Below are positions 1-10,751 of a stretch of 64,000 bases of DNA, one piece after another. The stretch is from NCBI GenBank assembly GCA_038142965.1, contig JAYQLC010000005.1, positions 20,094-84,093 of the forward strand. Reading direction: 5' to 3'. The stretch is from Candidatus Arcticimaribacter sp. Lineage in GTDB: Bacteria > Bacteroidota > Bacteroidia > Flavobacteriales > Flavobacteriaceae. The position numbers and the translations under genes are program-made. The first letter of the stretch is position 1. Each line of letters begins with the position of its first letter. The notes under the pieces were generated by a model. The model saw nothing but the letters and a program-made list of their open reading frames with translations, searched no databases and was not told the DNA's origin.

Positions 1-47
1 TTATTTTTAAGTAAAAATAAGAAGTTTTTGAAGAGTAAACTATCTAT

Positions 48-123
48 GTTAAATCATAGTTAAGTAAATCTATTCTTATTTGACATTGGGTTAATACTAA
101 TTGAGTTTCATTTAACCTTTAAC
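48..123. promoter_or_regulatory. Putative OmpR/PhoB-type tandem direct-repeat operator (Pho-box-like)
   Basis: GTTAA at 48 and 59 (11-bp spacing; TTAAC on the minus strand). TTGACA at 80, TTAATA at 91, TTGAGT at 101 and TTAACC at 112 recur every 10-11 bp upstream of the phosphate-type locus. Confidence 0.4.
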
Positions 124-148
124 TAAAACTTCAAGGCTGGGGATAAAA

Positions 149-156
149 TAAATTTG
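149..156 (+). promoter_or_regulatory. Bacteroidota sigma-70 -7 element (TAnnTTTG)
   Basis: TAAATTTG ending 22 bp upstream of ATG 179. Confidence 0.55.
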
Positions 157-178
157 CTTCATAATTAATAACAAAAAA

Positions 179-1469
179 ATGAAGACTAAATCAAACCTTA
201 ATTTCTATTTACTATCAGCTATGTTCATATTGGTTCTTGGATCTTGTACCAAAGACCCTGAAACACTAATTGAAACCGTTTTAGTTACCGAAACGGTAAC
301 CGTAACTACAACTATTCCAACAACAACTCCAACTACTGAAAAAGTTGGGTCAGGAGGTATTAGTTTTATTGATGATACTCAGACATGGACAAATGATCGC
401 ATTTGGATTATGGATGGAAAAATTGTCGTAAGATCCGGAGGAACCTTAAACATAGAATCGGGTACTATTATTAAATCTCAAAACGGTCAGGGTGTAGATG
501 CAACTGCTCTCGTAATAGCTCCTGGTGGAACAATCAATGCAGCTGGAACCAGTGATGCACCAATTATCTTTACTGATATCGATGACAATATTGATTATGG
601 AGACGGTATTGTTAGCCCAAACCGTGTCCCAACAGATACAGGTAAATGGGGTGGGATTATCATCCTTGGAAATGCAGTTATTGGACAAGACGGAGGTACT
701 GATGACATTGAAGGAATTGCTTCGGGTTACGATTGGACTACCTACGGAGGTGATGACAACACTGATTCTTCTGGGACGTTTACTTTTGTTTCAATACGAC
801 ACAGTGGAAGTCAATTGGCTGGAGGAGATGAAATTCAGGGACTAACTTTAGGTGGTATTGGCTCCGGAACCACAATCAATGACATTGAAGTTGTTGGAAG
901 TAATGATGATGGAATCGAAATTTTTGGAGGGTCTGTTTCAATTACTAATATTGTAATCTTTGCCCAAAGAGACGATGCTATAGATTTAGATCAGGCATAC
1001 AGAGGAACTCTTACCAATGCTGTTGTTGCTATGCGTTCTAACTCTGATACTCCCTTTGAAATCGACGGGACTGAAGACGGCACAGGAACTATAACCGGGG
1101 CATTTACTATAAATAACGTAACTGTATACGGTGATGCTGCTCCTGAGTCTGGAAAAAACAATCTTGGTGATTGGAAAAAAAGCTGCAACTGGCTTGACAA
1201 ATAATGTGGTTTACAAAAATATTGATGGGCTTTCTATCAAAGGAATTGATGCTGCTACATACAACGGGCAAGCATCAGCTGCTAGTACTGGAAATCTAAA
1301 CTTCAATAATTTCTACTTCGTAACTAGTGGAGCTTTAGCTGATATTTTTGCCAAAACATCTGTTACTGATTATGCAGACTGGGCTGAGGTAGTCTCAGAA
1401 CAACCTGCAAACACAGGTGCGGATGAATCAACTTTGTCATGGACTCTATGGAGTTCCATTAATAATTAA
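179..1469 (+). CDS. Surface lipoprotein with Thr-rich tether and Asp/Gly-rich probable beta-helix domain (one frameshift near 1175-1181)
   Basis: Lipobox LGSC; TTTIPTTTPTT linker; GKWGGIIILGNA, DDNTDSSG and DDGIEIFGG motifs. ORFs 179..1204 and 1131..1469 join at the poly-A in tggaaaaaaagc. Confidence 0.8.
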
Positions 1470-1513
1470 CAATACAAACCATAAATAATTAAACACAATA
1501 CTATTTTAATTTT

Positions 1514-1537
1514 TTGCCCGATTTAACGATCGGGCAA
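1514..1537 (+). terminator. Intergenic stem-loop (partial terminator or mRNA stabiliser)
   Basis: TTGCCCGAT-ttaacg-ATCGGGCAA, a perfect 9-bp stem between the lipoprotein and TBDR genes, with only a weak U-tail. Confidence 0.5.
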
Positions 1538-1555
1538 TCTCTATTTTCAAACTGT

Positions 1556-4367
1556 ATGAAACATTTTTTACTGCCACTATTTATTTTTATTACTTCTTTA
1601 AGCTTTGCTCAATCCGTAATAACGGGAACTGTAATCGATGGAGAATTCAACGATCCTCTTCCTTTTGCCAACCTTATCCTAAGAAATCAAAGTGACCAAA
1701 CCAATTTGGGAGGTATTACTACTGATTTTGATGGTAAATACTTTTTTTGAAGTAGTAGATGGAATTTACACCATAGAACTTTCTTATGTGGGTTATGAAA
1801 CCAAACTGATTTCAGATATTGAAATAAAGGGTGATAATGAAATTGTTATCGATGTCGTTATGAGTCCACTCTCAAATTCACTGGATGAAGTTGTAGTAAC
1901 CACCTCTCAGAAAAATAATTCAGAAGTTGCTGTTTTAGCGATTCAAAAAAAATCAATAAACTTGATTGATGGGCTTTCAGCTCAATCGATTAAAAAATCT
2001 GGAGACAGCAACTTAGCAGCGGCAATCAAAAGGGTTCCGGGAGTATCCATCCAAGATGGAAAATTTGTTTATGTTCGAGGTCTTGGAGACCGTTATTCTA
2101 AAACCCTCCTAGGAGGACTTGAGGTTCCGGGATTAGACCCAGATAAAAACACCCTTCAACTTGATGTTTTCCCGACCAACATATTGGATAATATCATCAT
2201 TAATAAATCCGCAAGCGCTGAACTCCCTGCGGATTTTAGTGGAGGAATTGTTAACATCATTCTAAAAGATTTTTCTACTCTACCTGAGTACAGCTTTTCG
2301 GTATCAGGAAATTATAATCCTGATATGAATTTTGTAAATAATGCAATTCGTAATAATCCAAACGGAACCAATTTATTGGGTTTTAATAACGGTTACTTTG
2401 ATCGACCTCTTGGTGCTCAACAAAACATTCCATTACCAGAACAAAATGCTTTGGGATACTCCGGAGTTTTAAATAAAATTACAAGACTACTGGAACAACA
2501 GATGGCTGTAAATCGATATCAAAGTGGAGCTGATTTTAGTTTGGGAGCAACAGCAAGCAGGCAGTTCGATTTAAATGATAAAAATACTTTTGGGTTCATA
2601 GCATCTTTGGGGTTTCGATCTGACACCGATTATTACAAAGATTACCAAACATCAACCATCTTGAAAGAAGCTTCTGGTCTTGAACAAAACACCTCACAAA
2701 GAGGTGAGTTGGGGGTTATTAAAAAATTAGCTAGTGGTTTATTGGGCGTTTCATTGAAGTCCGAAAACTCAAAATATAAATTGAATTTTTTGAACCTAAG
2801 AAGTGCTGAATCAAATGCTATTTTTGCAGAATATGCCGATTACATTGAAAATCCATACATTGGTGAAGCCAGTATATTGACTTATACCGAAAGAAACATC
2901 ATATCCATTCCGTTTCATGCAAAACACATTTTTAACCAAGGAAAATCAATACTCGAATGGAAAATTGCTCCCTCTTTTGCAGAGGTATTCGATAAAGATT
3001 TTAAGAAAACTGTTTTTGAAACTGATGAGGAAAGAAGTTATTATACAATTGCTCCTTCTACAACGCAATTACCCCAGCGTTTATGGAGAACCTTAAAAGA
3101 AAATGCAATTGCTAGTAATATTCAGTATACTTATGAGCTCCCAGAGGGTAAAATTCAAGGGAAGCTAAAGGCTGGAGCAGCTTATTCAGAAAAAGATAGA
3201 AGCTTTAGGACTTCAAATTATTCAATTGACTTTAAGGGGCGTAGCGAAGAATTACTAGGAAATCCTAATAATCTTTTAGATCCTTCTAACCTTTGGACAG
3301 CAGAAACCAACAGAGGATCCTACTTAGTAGGAAGCTTCCAAAGAACCAATCAATATGATGCTAAGAGTACAACCATTGCAGGTTTTATTTCGGCAGAGCT
3401 TAAATTCTCCGAAGCATGGAAATCTACCTTTGGGGTTAGAATCGAAAATTATAAACTTATCTATTCAGGGGAAACAATTGATAGAACCGTTTACAATAAT
3501 TTTGAACTCATCAATGTTAAAGATTTTTTTCCGTCCATAAATATTATTCGTTCATTGAACGAAGAAACCAATATTCGATTTTCTTATTCCAGAACAACAG
3601 CACGTCCTAGTTTCAAAGAAAACTCTACTGCACAAATTTTTGATCCAATTACTGAACGATTTTTTATTGGAAATCCTGATTTAAAACCCACTTACATTAA
3701 TAATCTGGATTTGCGATATGAGAAATACGGACAAGGGAACCAATTTTATGCAGTTAGTGCTTTTTACAAAGGTTTTACTGATCCTATTGAAATCGTTGCT
3801 TATAACTTTAACGCTCCTAATCAATTGATTGGAAGAAATAATACCTCTGCAAATGTTTTTGGAATTGAGATTGAATACCGAAAAAATATTATTGACAACG
3901 ATGTATCTAAACTTGCCCTAAACATCAACGCATCTGTAATAAAGTCTGAGCAAAAGATGAGTGATGAAGAATTTCAAGGAAGAATCATCACAGAACCTAA
4001 TCGTGTTATTAACAGAACAAGAGAGTTACAAGGAAATTCACCTTATCTTATTAATACAGGATTAACTTATGAGATTGTAAATAAAAATGCAGAAATGGGA
4101 CTTTTCTTCAATGTTCAAGGAAAAACATTAGAGGTCGTTGGTGTTGGAAATATTCCCGATGTGTATACAGACCCTTTCAATAATTTAAATTTTACTTTCA
4201 ATAAAAAAATCGGTGCAAAAGAAAATCAAACCATAACTTTTGGAGTCAGAAATATACTAAACGATACAAAACAAAGTTATTACGACTATTATGGTGAGGA
4301 ACAACAAAATTTTTCCTTTTTCAAAGTTGGAAGAACATTTAGCTTGGGGTATAATGTAAAGTTTTAA
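1556..4367 (+). CDS. TonB-dependent receptor with N-terminal carboxypeptidase-regulatory-like domain (frameshift near 1742-1748)
   Basis: Signal peptide MKHFLLPLFIFITSLSFAQ from ATG 1556; ITGTVID..PLPFAN..TDFDGKY domain; plug motif RVPGVSIQDGKFVYVRGLGDRYS; GNPDLKP; C-terminal GRTFSLGYNVKF. Confidence 0.9.
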
Positions 4368-4386
4368 AAAAATGTGACATTTAAAA

Positions 4387-4443
4387 AGATAACAATTAGA
4401 TAACATTCTATTTAAATACGGGTTTCGTTTATTTTTAATTTTG
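4387..4443 (+). promoter_or_regulatory. 11-bp-spaced direct repeat (Pho-box-like) plus -7 promoter element
   Basis: AGATAACA at 4387 and 4398; TAATTTTG at 4436-4443 upstream of the porin ATG at 4459. Confidence 0.5.
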
Positions 4444-4458
4444 CGAAATACAACCATA

Positions 4459-5667
4459 ATGTTCAAATTACTTTTTAAAGTCACTCTATTTATTTCAATT
4501 TTATCTTCAACGATAATTAACGCACAAGAAGTCAGTGCTCCAAAATTTGGAAAAGGCCTTATCAATATCGCAGGAAAAGACAGTACCTTTACGATGAATT
4601 TCAGTGCACGCATGCAATATCTAACCTCTTCAACTTGGACCGAAGCAGACGATTCTTTCGGAAGTCCTGAGTCCAATTTTTTGATTCGTCGCTCGCGATT
4701 AAAGTTCAAAGGATTTGCTTACAATCCAAAACTTACTTACAATATCGAATTGGGGTTATCTAATCGAGATATTTCGGGAGCTTCAGAATTTACGAGTAAT
4801 GCTCCACGCTACATTCTTAATGCTTTCATTCGTTGGAATTTTTACAAAAATTTTACGCTTCAAGCAGGTCAAGGTAAATTACCTGGAAATATCGAACGTG
4901 TTATTTCTTCAGGTAACTTAGCCTTGGTTGATCGTTCTTTGTTGAACAGCAAATTCAACATTGATCGTGATTTAGGAATTCAACTTCGGCATCATTTTAC
5001 ACTTGCTGGGAACTTTATTGTAAAAGAAAGGTTCGCTATCTCACAAGGAGAAGGACGAAACGTTACAAAAGGGAATTTGGGTGGACATCAATATACTTCG
5101 CGAATTGAGTTTTTACCTTTTGGAAACTTTACAAAAAAGGGAGATTACAGTGGAGCGGATCTATTGCGAGAACAAACTCCAAAACTCATGGTAGGTATTG
5201 TTTATGATCAAAATACTAATGCGGTAAAAACAAGAAGTAATATGGGTAGTTACATAACAACGAATGAGGGTTTTTATCAAACAGATATAAATACCTTATT
5301 TATTGATACTCATTTCAAGTATCGCGGTTTTTCAATTATGGGAGAATATGCTGATCGAAAAGCAGATGATCCAATCGCAAAAAATGAAGATGGAACCTTA
5401 ACAGGAGATGTTGTTAATGTAGGAAAAGCCATTAACCTTCAAATGGGTTATGTCTTTCCTTCAAATATCGCAATCACTGGACGTTACACCAACGTGAAAT
5501 TCGATGAAATTGTTTCCTCAAAAAATGACATTACCCAATACACCTTTGGGGTATCAAAATACGTAGCAAAACATAAACTGAAAATACAAACCGATGCCAC
5601 TTATGAAAATACGGTTGCCTCAAACAATAAAATTATTTATCGATTACAATTCGATATTCACTTCTAA
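4459..5667 (+). CDS. Phosphate-selective porin OprO/OprP family
   Basis: Signal peptide; FLIRRSRLKFKG motif; GQGKLPGNIERVISSGNL; DRDLG; C-terminal YRLQFDIHF; lies directly upstream of PiT. Confidence 0.8.
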   Translation: MFKLLFKVTLFISILSSTIINAQEVSAPKFGKGLINIAGKDSTFTMNFSARMQYLTSSTWTEADDSFGSPESNFLIRRSRLKFKGFAYNPKLTYNIELGLSNRDISGASEFTSNAPRYILNAFIRWNFYKNFTLQAGQGKLPGNIERVISSGNLALVDRSLLNSKFNIDRDLGIQLRHHFTLAGNFIVKERFAISQGEGRNVTKGNLGGHQYTSRIEFLPFGNFTKKGDYSGADLLREQTPKLMVGIVYDQNTNAVKTRSNMGSYITTNEGFYQTDINTLFIDTHFKYRGFSIMGEYADRKADDPIAKNEDGTLTGDVVNVGKAINLQMGYVFPSNIAITGRYTNVKFDEIVSSKNDITQYTFGVSKYVAKHKLKIQTDATYENTVASNNKIIYRLQFDIHF

Positions 5668-5678
5668 AATTTATAACT

Positions 5679-7956
5679 ATGGATAATATTTATGTGATAC
5701 TTGTTGCAGTCTTGGCAATCTTAGCTATTGGTGACTTGATTGTTGGAGTAAGTAACGATGCAGTTAATTTCTGAATTCAGCTGTTGGCTCCAAAGCAATC
5801 TCCTTCAAAACAATTATGATTCTTGCCAGTCTCGGAGTAGCCTGTGGTGCTTTATTTTCAAGTGGTCTCATGGAAGTTGCTCGAAAAGGTATTTTCAATC
5901 CAGGAGAATTTTACTTTGATGAAATTATTTTGATTTTTACGGCTGTAATGCTTACCGATATTTTACTCCTCGATTTTTTTAATACACTGGGAATGCCAAC
6001 ATCTACAACAGTCTCGATTGTATTTACTTTATTGGGAGCTGCAGTATTTATGTCCATCATTAAAATTAGTCAAGGTTCAGGTGATTTTAGCGATGTCGTT
6101 AATTACATCAACACCAAAAAAGCAACACAAATCATTTTTGGTATTCTGCTCTCAGTTATTGTTGCACTTACTATAGGAGCCATAGTTCAGTGGTTTTCAA
6201 GGTTGTTTTTGACTTATGAATTCGAAAAGAAAGCCATGTGGGTAAGTGCTCTTTTTGGAGGAATAGCGCTTTCAGCAATCACATATTTCATCTTGATGAA
6301 AGGTATCAAAGGAACCCCCTATGCAAGTTTGAAATTTGACCTTATTGGTGGAATGAAAATTAAAGATTTTCTAGAAACCGAGGTATTGAAAGTGTCCGTT
6401 ATAAACTTCTTATTTTGGTTTCAATTATTTCCTTTTTGGCTATCAAAGTTTTAAAAGCAAATATTTACAAAATCATCATCGGCACAGGAACATTTGGTTT
6501 AGCCCTGGCCTTTGCTGGAAATGACCTTGTAAACTTTATTGGTGTTCCTATTGCTGCATATCAATCCTATGAGGCTTGGGCTGCTTCTGGAGTTGCTTCA
6601 GAATTCAGCATGGAAGTTTTGTCTTCTAAAGTTCCTACTCCTCCGATATTACTAGTCTTATCGGGAGGTATTATGGTTATAACCCTATGGCTATCTACCA
6701 AGGCAAAAAAAGTAATGAAGACGGAGATTGACCTCTCCGATCAAAACACCATTAAAGAACGTTTCCAACCAAATTTTATTATCCAAAGGAATCGTGAAAA
6801 TATCTCAAGTCTTGGGTAACGGTTTCAACAAAATTTTACCCGCAACAGTTGTAAGCTCCATAGACAAAAAGTTTACAAATACCAATATTGCATTAAAAAA
6901 TCAAAACGATAAAGATGCACCTTCTTTTGACATGTTGAGGGCTTCAATAAATTTAGTCGTTGCTTCCATCTTGATTTCAATAGCAACTTCATTACAAACT
7001 TGCCATTATCAACGACCTATGTAACCTTTATGGTTGCAATGGGGACATCTCTTGCCGATCGAGCTTGGAAAAGAGATAGTGCCGTTTATCGCGTTGCTGG
7101 AGTATTAAACGTAATTGGAGGATGGTTTTTAACTGCAATCACTGCCTTTTTAGTTTCTGGAGTTATCGTTACGCTAATTTACTTAGGTGGGGCTCAGGCA
7201 ATTGCTGTGATTTTATTCATAATTCTAATAATTATTGGAAAAAACTACCTAAAACACAAAAATGAAAACGCTGACTTAATTGACCTCGATAGTTTAGTGA
7301 AATATGAAAGTAAGTCCATCAAAGGGGTTATGGAAGAAAGCACCAAAAATGTAATTAAAGTTTTCAAACGTATTGATAAAATTTATGCTTCTCTTGCGTC
7401 AGGTTTATCAAAACACGACAAATCTTGAACTTAAGAAAGCAAAGAAAAACATCAACCGATTGTCAAATGATATCGACGAATTAAGAGAAAACGTTTTTTA
7501 CTTCATCAAAAACTTAGAAGAATCGAGTTTGTCGGCAAGCAACTTTTATATTGTAATTCTTAGCCTGATCAATGACCTTGCAGATGATCTAGAATATATT
7601 GTAAAGAAAAGTTACAAGCATATCAATAATGATCATTCAAAATTGAAATTGAGCCAAGTCAGACCTTCAAGAAATTCATGAAATTTCTAAATCAACTTTT
7701 CAAAATGCAATGGAGACTTTCCAAAACAATTCCACTGCCGAATTAACATCAATTCTAAATCGAAAAGATGAAGGTAATGAATGTTTTGGATCAGAAAATC
7801 AATGCTCAAATTGAACGAACTCGTAATGAAGAAACGAGTCCAAAAATACAACGTCCTTTATTTTAATATCCTATTAAAAAACTAAAGGAGTTGTATTCAA
7901 ACAAATTGAATATTATTAAGTTGTTTTTAGATTCGTTAAGAAAAACAGAATCATAG
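5679..7956 (+). CDS. Inorganic phosphate transporter (PiT/PHO4 family) with long C-terminal helical, PhoU-like domain; multiple frameshifts
   Basis: GVSNDAVN, GMPTSTT, AGNDLVN and PLSTT PiT signatures across fragments 5679-7428; helical C-terminal fragments from 7373; stop TAG at 7954-7956. Confidence 0.85.
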
Positions 7957-7966
7957 TTGTTAGATA

Positions 7967-8002
7967 AAAAAAATTCCTTGTGCATTCACAAGGAATTTTT
8001 TT
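7967..8002. terminator. Bidirectional rho-independent terminator
   Basis: AAAAAAATTCCTTGTG-catt-CACAAGGAATTTTTTT between the convergent PiT and MORN-variant genes. Confidence 0.85.
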
Positions 8003-8022
8003 ATTTGTATTGAACGTTCTGA

Positions 8023-8418
8023 TTAACGTTGCTTAACAACTTTATTTTTGTTCTTGCCAATTATTGGTTTTTTTAAAAATTTGTTTGATTTGAAATCAAC
8101 TTGAGTAAGACTGATATATTTGATCCCAAAATAGCCATGTCCCATCACGTTTACCTTTGTTGTAATTTGCTATTTGGAAATCTTTTCCTTCAGAATGAAT
8201 AAGTAACCCATTTTCCGTGGAGCTTATTATTCTTTAAATATCCTTCAATTATGAAAAATTTTACCATTATTATGGTATTCAGTCAATTTTTTTAATAAGT
8301 TACCTTCACAACATTATTTTTCTTTTACAAAAGCTTTTCAGATTTTTAATCCTATTAGTTTATTTAGCAAAGAACTAAATCCAAATAATAATATCGATAG
8401 AATAAATGGGAATTTCAT
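8023..8418 (-). CDS. Small exported MORN-variant repeat (YwqK-like) protein, absent from the ORF track because of several frameshifts
   Basis: Manual translation: MKFPFILSILLFGFSS / EGNLLKKLTEYHNNGKI / EGYLKNNKLHGKWVTY / SEGKDFQIANYNKGKRDGTWLFWD / SLTQVDFKSNK / NKVVKQR*. ATG at 8418, TAA at 8025-8023. Confidence 0.75.
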
Positions 8419-8479
8419 GCGCAATTATTTTATAATTAATATCTAAAATTAACTATTAAATAACATTTATGCAAGTTTT

Positions 8480-8496
8480 GTTAACGTTAAGTTAAC
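8480..8496 (-). promoter_or_regulatory. 11-bp-spaced GTTAAC direct repeat upstream of the MORN-variant gene
   Basis: GTTAAC at 8480 and 8491. Confidence 0.4.
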
Positions 8497-8511
8497 ATTA
8501 GGATTTAATAC

Positions 8512-8540
8512 AAAAAAAACTCCATCGGAAGACGGAGTTT
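8512..8540 (-). terminator. Rho-independent terminator of nrdA
   Basis: Minus strand AAACTCCGTC-ttcc-GATGGAGTTT followed by a T run, about 20 bp after the nrdA stop. Confidence 0.8.
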
Positions 8541-8561
8541 AATTATTTGTTTATTAGATAT

Positions 8562-10645
8562 TTAAGACCCGCACATGAGGCAGTCATCTCCTTCATTTTC
8601 TTTGGATTGTTCCAACATTGATTTAAGTTCAGCTGGAGTTAAAGGTTCAACTGGAAAGCTGAGCAGTGGGTTTCTTGGGTTTTGTTGATGCTGTTTTAGA
8701 GCTGTCGTCGCCACTAATCTACAGTTGCTTTAATGCTGGTTCTTCTTTCTTCTTATTATCCAATGTAAATTTGATTGCATCAACTGCAGATTTGGTCCTC
8801 AAATAGTACATTCCTGTTTTTAATCCTGATTTCCATGCATAGAAATGCATTGATGTTAATTTAGCCATAGTTGCTCCTTCCATGAAAAGATTTAAAGATT
8901 GTGATTGGTCAATAAAATAACCTCGTTGACGTGACATATCAATAATATCTTTCATACTCATTTCCCAAACAGTTTTGTACAGATCTTTAATGTCTTGTGG
9001 GATAAAATCAAATGTTTTGAATGGATCCATTTGCCTTCATTAGTTCTTGTTTCATATCCTCAGTTCCAAAGACCTAAATCAACTAAATCTTCAAGCAGGT
9101 GTTTATTTACAACTATGAATTCTCCAGACAGCACTCTTCGAGTGTAAATGTTGGAAGTGTATGGCTCAAAACACTCATTATTTCCTAGAATTTGAGAAGT
9201 AGATGCTGTTGGCATTGGAGCTACCAACAAAGAGTTACGAACACCGTGCTTTTTCACTTTTTTTCTTAAACCAGCCCAATCCCAACGGCCGCTAAGTTCT
9301 TCGTCTTTGATTCCCCACATATTGTGTTGGAATTCTCCTTTAGAAATTGGTGACCCTTTATATGATTTATATGGACCGTCTTTTTCTGCTTCTTCCATTG
9401 AAGCAGTCTGGCGGCAAAATAAAGATTGTTTCAAAAATTTCTTGATTCAATTGTTTTGCTTCATCGGAGGTAAAAGGTAAACGCAATTGGATGAAAGCAT
9501 CTGCAAGACCTTGCACCCCGAGTCCAATTGGACGGTGACGCATATTTGAATTTTCTGCCTCTGGAACTGGATAATAATTTCGATCAATACTCTGTTTAGA
9601 TTTACCGTTACTTTTAGTTACCCGAAATAACTCATCGTGGTCAAATGAATTGGTTACAAACATGGGCAGAGCTATTGATGCTAAATTACAAACGGCAACC
9701 TCATCTTTAGCGTATATTCGATAATTTCAGTACATAAGTTTGAAGATCTAATTGTTCCTAAATTCTTCTGATTCGATTTTCGATTAGCCGCATCTTTGTA
9801 AAGCATGTATGGAGTACCGGTTTCAATTTGAGATTCTAAGAATTTTTCCCATAATTCTCTTGCTTTAATTGTTTTTCTTCCTTTCCCTTCTTTTTCGTAA
9901 TTCAAATAAAGCTTTCATCAAATTGATCGCTGTGATGATTGAAAAGATCTGGACATTCGTTTGGACACATAAGCGTCCAATCTTCATTGCTCTACTCGTT
10001 TCATAAATAAGTCTGGAATCCACATTGCAAAGAATAAATCTCGTGCTCTCATTTCTTCCTTTCCGTGATTTTTTTTAAATCTAGAAAATCAAAAAATATC
10101 AGAATGCCAAGGTTCTATATAAATTGCAAATGATCCCTTTCTTTTACCACCACCTTGATCAACTAACTCCATTTAATTTAAGAAGATAAGAACGCTCTAA
10201 AGTTTTAAACCCAAAGAAATCATAACCAAAATCGCGGTTGTAGATAATGCTTGAATCGAGTTTTTTCAGCATTATCCTGAATCACCTTGTAAACCTCATC
10301 GGACAATAGAGGTGCTTTTTCCTGTTCTTGGATTCACATATTCGTATAAGTCTTTCATCGTTTCGGAAAACGATTTTTGGTATTCTTGTGGAGATTCGAT
10401 ACGGAAATACGTGCTGCAAGTTTCGCATAATCGGGATGCGTTGTAGTCATTGTAGCAGCAATTTCAGAAGCTAAATTGTCCAACTCCGAAGTTGTAACTC
10501 CATCATAAAGTCCTTCGATTACTCGCATAGCAACTCGAACTGGATCAACTAAAGGATTCAATTCATAACAAAGTTTTTTTACTCTAGCTGTGATTTTATC
10601 GAACATTATGGGCTCTCGATGCCCGTCTCTTTTGACTACATACAT
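8562..10645 (-). CDS. nrdA: Ribonucleoside-diphosphate reductase class Ia alpha subunit (eukaryote-like type, N-terminal ATP cone); many frameshifts and about 370 bp missing internally near 10164
   Basis: [11 protein letters not shown] cone; [10 protein letters not shown]; SNLCTEI; AVCNLAS; [13 protein letters not shown]; [10 protein letters not shown]; C-terminal DDCLMCGS* with stop at 8564-8562. Confidence 0.92.
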
Positions 10646-10751
10646 GGTTTACTTGCGATTTTAAATTTTATATAAGGGGTCATAAGACCCTTGAACAGTT
10701 TGTTTATTTTTGGGGTTGGGGCATAAAATTTAAGCTGGGCTAACTGTGCTG

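Noticed and set aside
270-340. ACA/ACT-rich short repeats (also 33310-33390) as DNA repeat elements
   Set aside because: They simply encode Thr-rich linkers of lipoproteins.
8023-8418. YwqK antitoxin of a toxin-antitoxin system
   Set aside because: No adjacent toxin gene, and the protein has a signal peptide. MORN-variant repeats alone do not imply antitoxin function.
8562-10645. Intron, intein or homing endonuclease in the fragmented nrdA
   Set aside because: The gene is shorter than expected, not longer. Fragments join by small indels and there is no inserted sequence.
10674-10692. Hairpin AAGGGGTC-ataa-GACCCTT between nrdB and nrdA as a riboswitch or terminator
   Set aside because: Short stem, no U-tract on the coding strand and no recognisable aptamer; at most an mRNA-stability element.
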